Below, in pieces: positions 47,335-58,543 of a stretch of 64,000 nt of DNA. The stretch covers positions 224,001-288,000 of the forward strand of contig JAXSNR010000002.1 of NCBI GenBank assembly GCA_037925075.1. The letters are read 5' to 3'. The notes beneath the pieces were generated by a model. That model had not been told where the DNA came from. It was given only the letters and a program-made list of their open reading frames with translations, and made no database searches. The stretch comes from Aquificaceae bacterium (lineage in GTDB: Bacteria; Aquificota; Aquificia; Aquificales; Aquificaceae). How positions within the stretch are numbered: the first letter of the stretch is position 1; each line of letters begins with the position of its first letter. The translations under genes and the position numbers were made by a program.

Positions 47335-48304
47335 GTCCCTTCTCCTTAAAAAGCTCAGGGAGTCTCAAAAGATAGGCATACAACCTTCTCCATTTAGACC
47401 ACTCCATGGCTGGGATCGCCCCTCCATAGGTTTTCCCTCCTTCAAGGTTCTTTGATACACCCGCTTTTGCAGAAACTACAACCCTATCACCTATCTCCAC
47501 ATGGTCCGCCACACCCACCTGCCCCGCCAAGATAACCCCCCTTCCAGTTTTAACGCTACCGGCGATAGCCACTTGGGATACTATGATGTTCTCCTCGCCT
47601 ATTTTGCAATTATGCCCAACCTGCACAAGGTTGTCTATCTTTGTATTTTTCCCAATGACCGTTTCATCTATTAAAGCCCTGTCTATGCAAGTGTTTGCGC
47701 CTATTTCCACATGGTCTTCTATAACAACCTTCCCAATGTGGTTTAGCTTAATGACCCCCTCAGGACCCACATAGTAGCCAAAACCGTCCGCACCTATCAC
47801 GGAGCCACTGTGAATTCTAACCCCTTCACCTATTATGCAATAAGGGTAAACATGAACTCCGCTAAACAACACGCTGTTTTTACCAATCTTTACCCCCTCA
47901 CCCACGTAGCAAAAGGGGTATATCTTTACCCCATCCTCAATCACTACCCCTTTGCCTACATAAGCAAAAGGTCCCACATAGACATCCTTTCCCATCTTTA
48001 CGCCCTCTTCTACGTGAGCCTTATGGGATATACCAGAGGGATGTTTTTCCACGCAAAGCTTGGAAAGGAAGGCCGCCATGGCAAGTTTTACATTCCTGAC
48101 CCTAACATAGGCGGGAAACTCTACCTCTTCAGAGACCACGAGAATCACATCCTCCTTTTTTAACTTTTCCGCCTGCCTTGCATCCTGAAGGAAGACTACA
48201 GTCCCACTCTTTGGGTTTTCTGGTGAGGATATGCCAAGCACTTCCTTATCTGGGTCGCCGTGCAATTGGCCTTCTAAAAGGTCCGCAAGCTCCTTGAGCT
48301 TCAT
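47312..48304 (-). CDS. lpxD: UDP-3-O-acylglucosamine N-acyltransferase
   Basis: Hexapeptide repeats, GADGFGY, KIDNLVQVGHN. Confidence 0.95.
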   Translation of the reverse strand: MKLKELADLLEGQLHGDPDKEVLGISSPENPKSGTVVFLQDARQAEKLKKEDVILVVSEEVEFPAYVRVRNVKLAMAAFLSKLCVEKHPSGISHKAHVEEGVKMGKDVYVGPFAYVGKGVVIEDGVKIYPFCYVGEGVKIGKNSVLFSGVHVYPYCIIGEGVRIHSGSVIGADGFGYYVGPEGVIKLNHIGKVVIEDHVEIGANTCIDRALIDETVIGKNTKIDNLVQVGHNCKIGEENIIVSQVAIAGSVKTGRGVILAGQVGVADHVEIGDRVVVSAKAGVSKNLEGGKTYGGAIPAMEWSKWRRLYAYLLRLPELFKEKGHENKNST

Positions 48305-48786
48305 TTCTGCTGGTCTAGTCTCTGGATTACCTCCGCGGTTATGTCTATTTCCGAAGACCTGTATATAAAGGCAGAGCAATCAAGAACCCCCGAAAAGCCT
48401 TGCTTCTTTGCTATGTCTTCCGATATGCTCCTTACCCTTGATACTATATCTTCTTCCATCTTGCCCTTTATCTCCGAAAGCTCCTTTTGAGCCTTTTGCT
48501 GAAGCTCCATACCAGTCGCTTCCAGTTTTTGGTATTCCTTTATCTTCTGCTCCCTTACATTCTGGGCTATTCCTTTGCTCTCTATCTGTTTTTTGAGCTC
48601 TTCCAGTTTTTTGTTTATCTGGTCAAGTTGTTTTTGATACTCTTCAACCCTTGTCTTTAGCTGGGCTTCTTTACCCTTCACAAGCTGTGATTCTGACAGT
48701 ATTCTGTTGGGGTCAACGCAGGCAAACTTCTGCTGAGCAAAGCTGAGGGTGGAGACAAGGAAAAGCAATAAAAGTCCTTTTTTCAT
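48301..48786 (-). CDS. skp: OmpH/Skp periplasmic chaperone
   Basis: Signal peptide, coiled coil, DITAEVI; upstream of lpxD. Confidence 0.88.
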   Translation of the reverse strand: MKKGLLLLFLVSTLSFAQQKFACVDPNRILSESQLVKGKEAQLKTRVEEYQKQLDQINKKLEELKKQIESKGIAQNVREQKIKEYQKLEATGMELQQKAQKELSEIKGKMEEDIVSRVRSISEDIAKKQGFSGVLDCSAFIYRSSEIDITAEVIQRLDQQK

Positions 48787-48819
48787 ACTTTACCTCCTTC
48801 TAAAAATCATATCACAGGG

Positions 48820-50058
48820 TTAGACCGCCTCCCTCATTATGTAGGTGGGCTTAAGCTTATTTTTCACCACGTCCGCACTTACAAGCACCTTCTTTACATC
48901 ATGCATGGAGGGTATCTCAAACATCACATCCAGCATGATCTCTTCCACGATGGCTCTTAGACCCCTTGCCCCTGTTTTTCTTCTTATGGATTCTCTTGCT
49001 ATCTCCACGAGAGCATCTTCCGTAAATTCAAGCTCCACACCTTCCATCTCAAAGAGCTTTTTGTACTGCTTGACAAGGGCGTTCCTTGGCTCAACGAGAA
49101 CCCTTATGAGCTCTTCCTCCGTCAGCTCATCAAGAACCGCAACCACGGGAAGCCTGCCCACGAATTCCGGTATTAACCCATAATGGATCAGGTCATCCAC
49201 CTCCACATAGTGTAGGGGATTTTCTCCCTTGTCAAACTTCCTTATCTCCGCCTCAAAGCCCACCACAGACTTACCAAGTCTTCTTTTTACTATATCTTCA
49301 AGCCCCACAAAGGCACCACCGCATATGAAGAGTATGTCTGTGGTGTCTATCTGTATAAACTCCTGATGGGGATGTTTTCTTCCTCCCTGTGGTGGCACGT
49401 TGGAAACTGTCCCTTCTATTATCTTCAAAAGGGCTTGCTGAACACCTTCTCCAGAGACATCTCTTGTTATGGAGGGATTTATACCAGACTTTTTGGCGAT
49501 CTTGTCTATCTCGTCAATGTACACTATGCCCTTTTGGGCAGCCTTCACATCGTATCCACAATTCTGCAAAAGCCTTACGAGCACATTTTCCACATCCTCA
49601 CCCACATATCCTGCCTCCGTGAGGGTTGTGGCGTCCGATATGGCAAAGGGCACATCCAGTATTTTTGCAAGAGTTTTCGCCAAAAGGGTTTTGCCGGAGC
49701 CCGTGGGTCCTATTAGAAGTATATTGCTCTTTTCCACTTCCACATCATCAAGGCTAAAACCCAACTCCTTTGCCCTTATCCTTTTGTAGTGGTTGTACAC
49801 AGCCACAGAAAGAACCTTTTTTGCCCTTTCTTGACCTATCACATACTGGTCAAGCTGTCTTTTTATCTCCTCTGGGGTAGGTATTTCCTTGGATATGTGC
49901 TGGCTGAGCTGTTTTTTCTGGTCTTTTATTATGTTGTTGCATACCTCTACACAGCGGTCGCATATAAAGGTGTCGTTGGGTCCTGCTATGAGCACCAAGA
50001 CCTCGTTTTGAGACCTTCCACAAAAGGAGCAGTGGTTTTCAAGCCTTTTCTTTGACAT
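48820..50058 (-). CDS. clpX: ATP-dependent Clp protease ATPase subunit
   Basis: CSFC zinc finger, [18 protein letters not shown]. Confidence 0.98.
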   Translation of the reverse strand: MSKKRLENHCSFCGRSQNEVLVLIAGPNDTFICDRCVEVCNNIIKDQKKQLSQHISKEIPTPEEIKRQLDQYVIGQERAKKVLSVAVYNHYKRIRAKELGFSLDDVEVEKSNILLIGPTGSGKTLLAKTLAKILDVPFAISDATTLTEAGYVGEDVENVLVRLLQNCGYDVKAAQKGIVYIDEIDKIAKKSGINPSITRDVSGEGVQQALLKIIEGTVSNVPPQGGRKHPHQEFIQIDTTDILFICGGAFVGLEDIVKRRLGKSVVGFEAEIRKFDKGENPLHYVEVDDLIHYGLIPEFVGRLPVVAVLDELTEEELIRVLVEPRNALVKQYKKLFEMEGVELEFTEDALVEIARESIRRKTGARGLRAIVEEIMLDVMFEIPSMHDVKKVLVSADVVKNKLKPTYIMREAV

Positions 50059-50059
50059 A

Positions 50060-50656
50060 TTAGCTCCTCTTTTCTATTACCTTATCCACTATGCCGTACT
50101 CCATGGCTTCATAAGCGGACATAAAGTAGTCCCTTTCCACATCCCTTTCAATCTTTTCCAAGGGTTGTCCCGTGTGCTTTGAGAGAATTTCGTTGAGCAT
50201 GTGTTTTATCCTCTTTATCTCCTCCGCGTGGATTATTATGTCCGTCGCCTGACCTGTTATGCCACCAAGTGGTTGGTGGATCATTATCCTTGAGTGTGGC
50301 AAGGCATACCTTTTGCCCTTGGCTCCGGCGGACAAGAGCACCGCACCCATTGAAGCAGCTTGACCAAGACATATGGTAATCACATCGGGCTTTATGTACT
50401 GCATGGTGTCGTATATTGCCATGCCAGCGGTCACCGAACCACCGGGGGAGTTTATGTACATGTATATATCCTTTTCGGGGTCCTGAGCTTCAAGGAAAAG
50501 AAGCTGTGCCACGATGAGGTTGGCTATGTGGTCATCTATGGGAAAGCCCAGTAGGACTATCCTGTCCTGAAGAAGCCTTGAGTATATGTCATAGGCCCTC
50601 TCGCCTCTGGGTGTTTGCTCAATGACTATGGGAACAAGCTGGTCAAGTATTTTCAT
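50060..50656 (-). CDS. clpP: Clp protease proteolytic subunit
   Basis: DIYSRLL, AASMG, MIHQP. Confidence 0.98.
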   Translation of the reverse strand: MKILDQLVPIVIEQTPRGERAYDIYSRLLQDRIVLLGFPIDDHIANLIVAQLLFLEAQDPEKDIYMYINSPGGSVTAGMAIYDTMQYIKPDVITICLGQAASMGAVLLSAGAKGKRYALPHSRIMIHQPLGGITGQATDIIIHAEEIKRIKHMLNEILSKHTGQPLEKIERDVERDYFMSAYEAMEYGIVDKVIEKRS

Positions 50657-51929
50657 CCTTTTCCTCCTTTTCTTCCTTTACCACAACCTTTGAAAGTATA
50701 TCTTCAAAAGCCTTTTCCCTCCTTATGTCATCCTCAAGCACGGGAAGAAGGTTTTCTTTCTGTAGGAATTCCCTCATCTCCTCCGGTGTCTTTTCATAAG
50801 CCTGTGCCAGACCTTCTATTTTCTGCTGGATTTCCTCCGCGCTTACCTGAATATTTTTCTCCCGTGCGTACTTTTCTAATATGTATCTGAGCTTTATGTT
50901 AAAAACGGCCCTTGGCATAAGCTCCATGGCCATTGCCCTGTAGTCAAGATACTTGGGGTCTATTCCCCACTGAGAAAGCTCTCTGGTCCTGATTTCCACA
51001 AGATGTGAGATTTCCCTCTGCAGAAGAGTTTGCGGTACTTCAAACTCATGCAATTCAACAAGCTTTGTAGCTACCGCATCCGATCTCATAGCCTTTCTTA
51101 TGTTTTCCAGATCTGCCTTTACCTCCTCCCTTATCTTTTCTTCCGCCTCCGTCCAGGTTTCACCCAGTCCAAGCTCCTTTGCAAAATCGTCGTTGAGCTC
51201 CGGAAGCACCTTTTCCTTTACACTCTTGACCCTTATCTCAACCTTTGCCTTCCCAGCAGGTTTGCCCTCCACATCGTAAAGGGTAAGGTCCTCAAGCACA
51301 AAGCTATCTCCTTCCCTTTTGCCGATTAGCTCCTTTTCTATTTCTTCTCTAAAGGTCTTTGTGCCAATAACTCCAGAGGTCTCTCCTTCTGTGGTCTCAC
51401 CGCTCTCTAACTCTTCAACCTTGTAGTCTACGACCACCAGGTCTCCCTCTTTGACTTCCCTCTCTACTGGTTCCCAAAGGGCGTGCTCCTCCCTTATTTT
51501 TTCTATCCTCTCCTTTACCATGTCTTCGTTAAACTCAACCTTTTGTATCTGAACCTCAAGGCCTTCTAAGTTTTTAAGCTCAAACTCAGGGGGGACCTCA
51601 AAGGATACACTGTAGCTGAGTTTTTGCGTAGACTCTTCTAATTGGATGCCTTCAAGGTATATATCCGCAACAGGTTGCAGTCCACTTTCCTGTATGGCAC
51701 TTGCCAAGGTTGCATTTGCCACCCTTTTGCCCACTTCCTCTTGTATGTAGTCCCTAAACTTGGCTTTTATGACCCACAGGGGAGCTTTGCCTTTTCTAAA
51801 GCCCTCCACATCCACATTTTGCTTTAGGTAGTTGTACACCTCATCAAGGGCGGACATCACCACATCACCTTCCACTTCAACCCTAAGGCTTTTGAAAAGC
51901 CCTTGCTTGTCTTCTACTGTTATCTTCAT
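50643..51929 (-). CDS. tig: Trigger factor
   Basis: [17 protein letters not shown]; start after SD AGGAGGT. Confidence 0.95.
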   Translation of the reverse strand: MKITVEDKQGLFKSLRVEVEGDVVMSALDEVYNYLKQNVDVEGFRKGKAPLWVIKAKFRDYIQEEVGKRVANATLASAIQESGLQPVADIYLEGIQLEESTQKLSYSVSFEVPPEFELKNLEGLEVQIQKVEFNEDMVKERIEKIREEHALWEPVEREVKEGDLVVVDYKVEELESGETTEGETSGVIGTKTFREEIEKELIGKREGDSFVLEDLTLYDVEGKPAGKAKVEIRVKSVKEKVLPELNDDFAKELGLGETWTEAEEKIREEVKADLENIRKAMRSDAVATKLVELHEFEVPQTLLQREISHLVEIRTRELSQWGIDPKYLDYRAMAMELMPRAVFNIKLRYILEKYAREKNIQVSAEEIQQKIEGLAQAYEKTPEEMREFLQKENLLPVLEDDIRREKAFEDILSKVVVKEEKEEKDENT

Positions 51930-51947
51930 GCATACCTCCTGTATCTT

Positions 51948-52033
51948 TGGTGCGGGTGGAGGGAGTTGAACCCTCACGGGCTATGCCCACAGGATCCTAA
52001 GTCCTGCGCGTCTGCCAGTTCCGCCACACCCGC
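51948..52033 (-). tRNA. tRNA-Leu (anticodon TAG)
   Basis: GCGGGTG/CACCCGC acceptor stem, CAGGA-CTTAGGA-TCCTG anticodon arm, long variable arm, GGTTCAA T-loop, encoded CCA. Confidence 0.97.
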
Positions 52034-52105
52034 TTAAGGATACAAAATTATAACCTGCTTTTTGTCAATTCAATGCCTTGTTAAAGTTATATATTTACAT
52101 AGACT

Positions 52106-53299
52106 ATGGAAAAGTTCTTAGAGTTGCCTTTAGACCTTGCCCAGAAGTGTGTAAAGTGTGGGTTATGTAAGTCTGTATGTCCCACCTATCCCTATGTGCA
52201 GGAAGAGGCTGGCTTTGCCCGTGGAAGGCTTGCCCTTGCGGAGATGGTGGTAAAGGGAGAGATGCCTCTGTCTGAGGAGGTTGCAAAGCAGTGGGACCAA
52301 TGTGCCATGTGTAGAAGGTGCGAGTGGATATGCCCAAACAACGTGGAGTACAAGGAGATTCTGGTTCACGCCAAAGATATGCAAAGACAAGACATGGGCT
52401 ATGGTATGGTAAAGAGCCTTGGCCTAAAGTCTTTGGAGCTACTGCAGTCAAGGGTGGGAAGAAGGGTGGTAAGGATGGTGGGAAAAATGCTTAGCCCCTT
52501 ACCCTTTGGAGAGATAAAGACACCCTTTCCTACAGGCGCGGTAAAGTTTATGCCAAAGCCCACCGCAGAGGCCTTTGGATTAAGGGGCAAAGTCTTTAAG
52601 GCTCGGGAGGAGAAGGGAAGGCTACTCTTTTTCACAGGCTGTATGATAGACGCCTTTTATGGAAAGACGGGTGAGAACGTAATAAGGCTCATGAACAAGG
52701 CAGGATACACGGTGATCGTCCCAGAGGATATAAAGTGCTGTGGTGCTCCTCACTACTACTCGGGAAACATACCTGCCTTTGAAAAGCTAAGAGAGCATAA
52801 CCTCAGAGAGATGGAAAAGTACCACTTTGATGCGGTGGTGGTTGCCTGTCCCACCTGTGGTGGAGCCTTGCAAGAAGACTACAAACTTCAAAAGCCCGTG
52901 TACGACTTTGCACAGATAGTCTTGGAGAGCTCCCTCAAGTTCAAGGGTTCTGGCAAAAGGCTTACCTTCCATGTTCCCTGCCACTCCTACAGTGCCATGA
53001 AAACCAGTGACACGGTCTTTTATGGGGTCATGGAAAGAATTGAGGGGGATGAGGTAAAAAGGGCAGAAAAGGACAAATCCTGCTGTGGCTTTGCTGGGCT
53101 CTTTTCCATAACAAATCCAAAGATGTCAGACCAAATACAAAGGGAAAAGATAGAGGACCTTCAGAAAACCCAAGCGGAAGTGGTGCTCACCACTTGCCCT
53201 GGCTGTGTCCTAAACCTAAGGGATGGAGTTAAAAAGCACCAAACTGGGCAAGAGGTCCTCCACCTTGCGGACTATCTGGCACAGGCTATGGAGGAGTGA
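52106..53299 (+). CDS. glcF: GlcF-like Fe-S oxidoreductase subunit
   Basis: Two CxxCxxCxxxCP motifs and two CCG domains. Confidence 0.8.
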   Translation: MEKFLELPLDLAQKCVKCGLCKSVCPTYPYVQEEAGFARGRLALAEMVVKGEMPLSEEVAKQWDQCAMCRRCEWICPNNVEYKEILVHAKDMQRQDMGYGMVKSLGLKSLELLQSRVGRRVVRMVGKMLSPLPFGEIKTPFPTGAVKFMPKPTAEAFGLRGKVFKAREEKGRLLFFTGCMIDAFYGKTGENVIRLMNKAGYTVIVPEDIKCCGAPHYYSGNIPAFEKLREHNLREMEKYHFDAVVVACPTCGGALQEDYKLQKPVYDFAQIVLESSLKFKGSGKRLTFHVPCHSYSAMKTSDTVFYGVMERIEGDEVKRAEKDKSCCGFAGLFSITNPKMSDQIQREKIEDLQKTQAEVVLTTCPGCVLNLRDGVKKHQTGQEVLHLADYLAQAMEE

Positions 53300-53311
53300 T
53301 ATAATCCCAGT

Positions 53312-54268
53312 ATGCGGATACTGGTGACGGGAGGGGCGGGATACATAGGCTCCCACATGGTAAAGCTTCTTGGAGAGATGGGATATGAAGTGCTTACAGT
53401 GGACAACCTCTCTGAAGGAAATGGGTGGGCGGTGCTTTATGGAAAGCTAAAGGTGGTGGACCTTCTTAACTACAAAAGCCTTGAGGAAGTTATGCTTGAG
53501 TTCAGGCCGGAGGCGGTCATCCACTTTGCGGCAAAGGTAAAGGTGCCAGAAAGCGTCAGAAAGCCTCTGCTTTATTACGAGAACAACTTTATGGGCACTC
53601 TAAACCTCCTTCAGGCGATGCAAAGGGCTGGAACTGAGCACCTTATTTTTTCCTCCACAGCTGCGGTTTATGGCATACCAAAAAGGGTGCCAGTAAGAGA
53701 AGATGAACCCACAAAACCCATAAACCCCTACGGCTGGAGTAAGCTCTTTGCAGAGCAGGCAATAAGGGACTTTTCCCATGCCACAGATCTTAAGTATGTG
53801 ATACTGAGATACTTCAACGTGGCAGGTGCGGACCCAGAGGGAAAGATAGGACAGGTGAGCAAAGACCCAACTCACCTTATCCTCAGGGCGGTAAAGACCG
53901 CAACAGGACAGCTTCCCTACATGGAGGTCTTTGGCACAGATTATCCCACACCCGATGGCACATGTATAAGGGACTACGTGCATGTTATGGACCTATGCGA
54001 GGCTCATCTGAGGGCTTTGGATTACCTTATGAACCTTGGGCGGAGCGAGGTTTTCAACGTGGGCTATGGCAGAGGATACTCGGTGCTTGAGGTCATAAAC
54101 AAGGTAAAGGAGGTCTCCGGCGTGGATTTTGAGGTAAGGTATGCACCAAGGCGTGAGGGAGACCCTCCCACGCTTGTGGCAGATAGCCAAAAGGCAAGAG
54201 AAGTCCTTGGCTGGAAGCCCAAGTACGATAGCTTGGACTTTATCATAAAGACCGCCTTAGAGTGGTAA
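53312..54268 (+). CDS. galE: UDP-glucose 4-epimerase
   Basis: GGAGYIGSH, YGWSK, LRYFNVAGA, DGTCIRDYVH. Confidence 0.95.
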   Translation: MRILVTGGAGYIGSHMVKLLGEMGYEVLTVDNLSEGNGWAVLYGKLKVVDLLNYKSLEEVMLEFRPEAVIHFAAKVKVPESVRKPLLYYENNFMGTLNLLQAMQRAGTEHLIFSSTAAVYGIPKRVPVREDEPTKPINPYGWSKLFAEQAIRDFSHATDLKYVILRYFNVAGADPEGKIGQVSKDPTHLILRAVKTATGQLPYMEVFGTDYPTPDGTCIRDYVHVMDLCEAHLRALDYLMNLGRSEVFNVGYGRGYSVLEVINKVKEVSGVDFEVRYAPRREGDPPTLVADSQKAREVLGWKPKYDSLDFIIKTALEW

Positions 54269-54288
54269 AGGTACTATATTTATCACCT

Positions 54289-54600
54289 ATGATGGAGCTT
54301 GAGCTTTTGGAAAAATTGAAAGAGGTCAAAGACCCTGAGATACCCATAGATATAGTAAATCTTGGGCTCATATATGGTTTGCAAGTCAAGGACAATGTGG
54401 CGTACATAGATATGACCCTTACAGTTCCTTCCTGTCCTGCGAGGGGCTTTTTTGCTCAGCATATAAGGGAACACATACTTAAGAACTTCCCACAACTGAG
54501 GGATGTTGTGATAAACTTTGTATTTGAACCTGCTTGGAGCAGGGATAAGATATCTGAAGAAGGACTGCACAAGCTCAGGAGTATGGGATGGAATATCTAA
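54289..54600 (+). CDS. DUF59/SufT-like metal-sulfur cluster assembly factor
   Basis: DPEIPIDIVNLGLIY, MTLT..SCP, FEPAW. Confidence 0.88.
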   Translation: MMELELLEKLKEVKDPEIPIDIVNLGLIYGLQVKDNVAYIDMTLTVPSCPARGFFAQHIREHILKNFPQLRDVVINFVFEPAWSRDKISEEGLHKLRSMGWNI

Positions 54601-55073
54601 AGGACAAGTTCAGGGCACTGGCGGAAGCCATAGAGAGGGAATCTGTCCTTATCCATCGTGCCGCTTTGGTGGATGGCTACAGGGACATTTACAAGCTGAG
54701 CAAGTTAGGAATAGACAAGGTAATAAAGAAGGCAACCCAATTCGGTGGTAAAAAAGGGGCAAAGATACTAAAAGAGAGGTATGGCATATGCACGGACAGG
54801 TTGGATGAAGCCCTTGATGTGCTAACGGTTATTGCGGAGTCTTCAAGGCTTTTGGATGTGTTTGAGTACGACCTTGATAAGATGGAGATCAGGGTTGATG
54901 GCTCTATATTGGTGGAGGCGGTGGGAAGTAGCAAAAGCCCCGTTTGCGAGCCGATGGCTGGCTTTTTTGAGGGCTTTCTTGGCGAGCTTCTTGAGAAAAA
55001 AATAAGCGTTAAGGAGATTGCCTGCAGGGCTCAGGGACACGAAAGATGCATTTTTAAGATGACCATAAGGTGA
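54588..55073 (+). CDS. Stand-alone V4R domain protein
   Basis: PVCEPMAGFFEG...EIACRAQGHERCIF. Confidence 0.8.
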   Translation: MEYLKDKFRALAEAIERESVLIHRAALVDGYRDIYKLSKLGIDKVIKKATQFGGKKGAKILKERYGICTDRLDEALDVLTVIAESSRLLDVFEYDLDKMEIRVDGSILVEAVGSSKSPVCEPMAGFFEGFLGELLEKKISVKEIACRAQGHERCIFKMTIR

Positions 55074-55074
55074 T

Positions 55075-55476
55075 ATGGCGGTTATAAGGGTTAGAACCAC
55101 AAAACACACAAGCTTTGTAAATATAACCAATCAGGTAAGAGAAGTGGTCAGGGCTTCTGGAGTAAGGTCAGGTATATGCCTTGTTTATGTTCCCCATACT
55201 ACCGCCTGCCTTTTCGTAAACGAGGGTGCAGACCCGGACGTGATAAGGGATATTGCTTACTCCATAGAGAAGCTCATCCCTTGGAGGGATAGCTATGCCC
55301 ACTCTGAAGGAAACTCTGCGGCACACATAAGAAGTGCCATAATAGGCAACTCAAGGGTAATACCCATAGAGGAGGGAGACCTTGTACTTGGCACATGGGA
55401 GGCGGTGTTTCTTGCGGAGTTTGACGGACCAAGGGAAAGGAAGGTTATAGTTAAGGTTATACAGGAATCTGTTTAG
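55075..55476 (+). CDS. yjbQ: YjbQ/UPF0047 family protein
   Basis: HTTA..VNE..DP, HSEGNSAAHI, LGTW, EFDGPR. Confidence 0.9.
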   Translation: MAVIRVRTTKHTSFVNITNQVREVVRASGVRSGICLVYVPHTTACLFVNEGADPDVIRDIAYSIEKLIPWRDSYAHSEGNSAAHIRSAIIGNSRVIPIEEGDLVLGTWEAVFLAEFDGPRERKVIVKVIQESV

Positions 55477-55485
55477 GAGGTAAGC

Positions 55486-56781
55486 ATGGAGTATGTATTG
55501 GCTTTTCTTGTTCTCATAGGCTTGCTCATATGGTTTCATGAGCTTGGGCATTTTCTTATGGCTAAGCTCTTTGATGTAAAGGTGGAGGTATTTTCCATAG
55601 GCTTTGGTCCTGTGCTTTTTAATAAGAAGGTGGGAGAGACAGAATACAGGCTATCCGCCCTTCCTTTGGGAGGCTTTGTAAAGCTTTATGGTGAAGAGGA
55701 GCAGATAGAGGACAGAAGAGCCTTTTCCTCAAAGCCAAACTGGCAAAAGGTGCTTATAGCCTTTGGTGGCCCTCTGTTTAACTTTATTCTTGCGGTACTG
55801 CTTTTTTCCTTTCTGTCTTTGGTAGGTAGGGATGTGCCCAAGTACCTTTCTGAAAGACCTATTGTGGGTCATGTGGTGGAAAACAGCATAGCCCATAAAC
55901 TGGGCATAAAAGAGGGTGACCTAATAATGGAGATAAACTCCAAAAGGGTGCAAGATTGGAAGGAAGTGGAGCGTGCGGTCTTTGAAAACTTACTTGCTAA
56001 GGAATGGAAGGTCAAGGTGCTAAGGAATGGAAAGGAGACAAACCTGTTTGTTAGGGAAAGCTTGAGTAGGTCTGCTGGTTTTGGTGCGGAGCCGTGGCTA
56101 CCTGCGGTGGTAGGAAGTGTGGTAAAAGATAGTCCTGCCTTTCAGGTGGGGTTGCAAGCTGGAGACAGGATACTCAAAGTTAACCACAAGGATATAAATG
56201 GCTGGTACGAGCTCGTAAAACATATAAGGGAATCAAAAGATAAACCTGTCTTGCTTACCATACAGAGGGAAAACTCTACCGAAGAAAAGACAGTTGTTCC
56301 TAAGATTGACCAAAGAACGGGAACGCCCATCTTGGGCATAGCTCCATACATAGAGAAGGTGGAGACCAAAGAACCACCTTTGAAGGCTCTTGCGGAAGGC
56401 TTTGAAAGGACTTACATGCTAAGCCTACTTTCTCTGAAAGCTTTATGGAGCCTTATTACCGGTGGTCTTTCCATAAAAACCCTTGGTGGACCCATTGCCA
56501 TAGCCCAGTTGGCGGGTGAATCCGCACAGCAGGGATTGCTTCCCTTTGTGGGTATGATGGCTTTTATATCTGTCCAGCTTGCCATATTTAACCTCATCCC
56601 CCTTCCTGTTCTTGATGGAGGGCTTATACTTCTCTTCCTTATGGAATCCATAAGAAGAAAGCCCTTCTCTCCCAAGTTCAAAGAAGCATGGGTAAAGGCT
56701 GGCTACGCCATCATAATAGTTTTGGCTGGCTTTGTGATACTTAACGATATACTAAGAATTCTAAGCGGTGGAAGGTTCTAA
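55486..56781 (+). CDS. rseP: Site-2 metalloprotease
   Basis: HELGH, two PDZ domains, [11 protein letters not shown]. Confidence 0.95.
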   Translation: MEYVLAFLVLIGLLIWFHELGHFLMAKLFDVKVEVFSIGFGPVLFNKKVGETEYRLSALPLGGFVKLYGEEEQIEDRRAFSSKPNWQKVLIAFGGPLFNFILAVLLFSFLSLVGRDVPKYLSERPIVGHVVENSIAHKLGIKEGDLIMEINSKRVQDWKEVERAVFENLLAKEWKVKVLRNGKETNLFVRESLSRSAGFGAEPWLPAVVGSVVKDSPAFQVGLQAGDRILKVNHKDINGWYELVKHIRESKDKPVLLTIQRENSTEEKTVVPKIDQRTGTPILGIAPYIEKVETKEPPLKALAEGFERTYMLSLLSLKALWSLITGGLSIKTLGGPIAIAQLAGESAQQGLLPFVGMMAFISVQLAIFNLIPLPVLDGGLILLFLMESIRRKPFSPKFKEAWVKAGYAIIIVLAGFVILNDILRILSGGRF

Positions 56782-57434
56782 AAGGGCCTCTCTGGCACTT
56801 TTTCCCAGTCCTTTAGAAAGAGCTCTATGCCCTTGTCGGTAAGGGGGTGCTGGAAGAGTTTTTTCATAACTTCAAAGGGCATGGTGCATATGTCCGCACC
56901 TATTAGGGCTGCCTCCACCACATGCATAGGATGCCTCACGCTGGCGACTATTATCTCCGTATCCACTATGTCGTAGTTGTCAAAGATCTGCTTTATCTCT
57001 CTTATGAGCTTCATACCATCATTTGAAACATCGTCTATCCTACCCACAAAGGGAGATACAAAGCTTGCACCCGCCTTTGCTGCTATAAGAGCCTGAGCGG
57101 GTGAAAAAATTAGGGTGACGTTGGTGGGTATGCCCTCAGATTCAAGCACCTGAACAGCCTTCATACCTTCTGGCGTCATGGGTATTTTTACCACCACATT
57201 GTCCCCAAGTTCTGCAAGCATCCGCCCTTCTCTTATCATGCCTTCCGCATCCCTTGAGACAGTTTCTAAGCTTACAGGTCCATCCACAAGCTGGAGTATC
57301 TCCTTTGCCACCTCCAAAAAGGGCCTTCCCGTCTTGGCTATAAGGCTTGGATTTGTGGTGACGCCATCAAGTATTCCCCATTCAAGAGCCTGCTTTATCT
57401 CATCCACCATACCTGTGTCAAGGAAAAACTGCAT
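56778..57434 (-). CDS. tal: Transaldolase / fructose-6-phosphate aldolase family
   Basis: [24 protein letters not shown]. Confidence 0.9.
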   Translation of the reverse strand: MQFFLDTGMVDEIKQALEWGILDGVTTNPSLIAKTGRPFLEVAKEILQLVDGPVSLETVSRDAEGMIREGRMLAELGDNVVVKIPMTPEGMKAVQVLESEGIPTNVTLIFSPAQALIAAKAGASFVSPFVGRIDDVSNDGMKLIREIKQIFDNYDIVDTEIIVASVRHPMHVVEAALIGADICTMPFEVMKKLFQHPLTDKGIELFLKDWEKVPERPF

Positions 57435-57437
57435 AGC

Positions 57438-57806
57438 TTATACCTCCTGAAGTATTCTCTGGTGCTTTACCATACCCACAAAGACCTTTTTAATTATACC
57501 ATCCTTGACCACAAGGGTAGTGGGCGTTGCCACAATCCCTAAATCCCTTGCCCTTTGAAAGCCTTCTGGCTTTAACACATCAAACTCTAAAACATTCACT
57601 TTTTCCCTTAACTTTTCTATCTCAGGCTTCATGAGCTTACAAGCCCCGCACCTCTCAGAGTAAAAATAGACCACTCCATCTGTAATGAAGCTCAACTTCT
57701 TACCTTGCATCCTCTTACTCCTTAAACTTGCGTAAAATCTCAAGCCAAGCATAAGCCCAAAGAAAAGAGTAAGAAAAAGGGCAACAAGCGTTAAAAGGCT
57801 TTCCAC
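57438..57806 (-). CDS. Membrane-anchored thioredoxin-family protein
   Basis: GTG after SD GGAGG; N-terminal TM; CGAC; ATPT. Confidence 0.8.
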   Translation of the reverse strand: MESLLTLVALFLTLFFGLMLGLRFYASLRSKRMQGKKLSFITDGVVYFYSERCGACKLMKPEIEKLREKVNVLEFDVLKPEGFQRARDLGIVATPTTLVVKDGIIKKVFVGMVKHQRILQEV

Positions 57807-57808
57807 AC

Positions 57809-58543
57809 CTACCTCCTCCCCACGGGCTCCATGTGGAGGGCTTGGCGGAGGCTTTTTAACTCTTCCCTTGTCAGGTCCCTCCACTGTCCCGGCTTTAGGC
57901 TTCCAAGTCCTATGGGGCCTATGGCAACCCTTTTTAGCCTTATAACCTTACGTCCAAAGTGAGATACAAACCTCTTGACTATGTGTTTTCTGCCCTCGTG
58001 AAAAACTATCTCCAAAAGGCTGTTATCTTTACCGTGTTTTACAAGCTTTACGCTGTCTGGCTTTGCAAAGCCATCTTCAAGGACTGCACCCCCTTTCATG
58101 GCGTCAATGGTTTCTTTGCTCACCTTTCCAGAAACCCAAACTAAATAGACCTTTGGAAGTTTGTGTCTTGGATGCATTATCCTATGGGCAAGCTCTCCAT
58201 CGTTGGTAAGAATAAGAAGCCCTTCCGCATTGTAATCAAGCCTTCCCGCAGGGTAGACCCTTTCGGGAATATCCTTTATAAGCTCCTTTATAGTTTTCTT
58301 ACCCTCTTTTGGGTCTCCAAGGGATGTGAGATAACAGCAAGGCTTATATAGGATTATGTACCTATACTTTAAGGGTTTTACCTCTTTTCCGTCCACCTCC
58401 ACCACATCCCTTTTGGGGTCCACCCTCCAGCCCAACTCCTTTACCACAAGCCCGTTCACCTTTACCCTTCCCTGAAGTATAAGCTCATCCGCCTTCCTTC
58501 TTGAGGCAACTCCGCACATGGAAAGGTAGCGGTTTAACCTCAC
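57809..58543 (-). CDS. RluB/RsuA-family pseudouridine synthase
   Basis: RLNRYL..CGVASRR S4 domain; GRLD; EGRKH. Confidence 0.92.
   Translation of the reverse strand: MRLNRYLSMCGVASRRKADELILQGRVKVNGLVVKELGWRVDPKRDVVEVDGKEVKPLKYRYIILYKPCCYLTSLGDPKEGKKTIKELIKDIPERVYPAGRLDYNAEGLLILTNDGELAHRIMHPRHKLPKVYLVWVSGKVSKETIDAMKGGAVLEDGFAKPDSVKLVKHGKDNSLLEIVFHEGRKHIVKRFVSHFGRKVIRLKRVAIGPIGLGSLKPGQWRDLTREELKSLRQALHMEPVGRR

Noticed and set aside
51930..51977. N-terminal extension of trigger factor (MRVQLPPPAP...)
   Set aside because: It is a translation of the tRNA-Leu 3' end; the real start follows the SD at 51929.
51948..52033. tRNA-Leu as an integration site for an island
   Set aside because: No integrase and no duplicated tRNA 3' end were seen; tRNA-Leu next to tig is an ordinary arrangement.
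52047..52068. TTGACA plus TATAAT as the tRNA-Leu promoter pair
   Set aside because: The spacer is only 10 nt. The -10 is plausible, but this -35 pairing is not.
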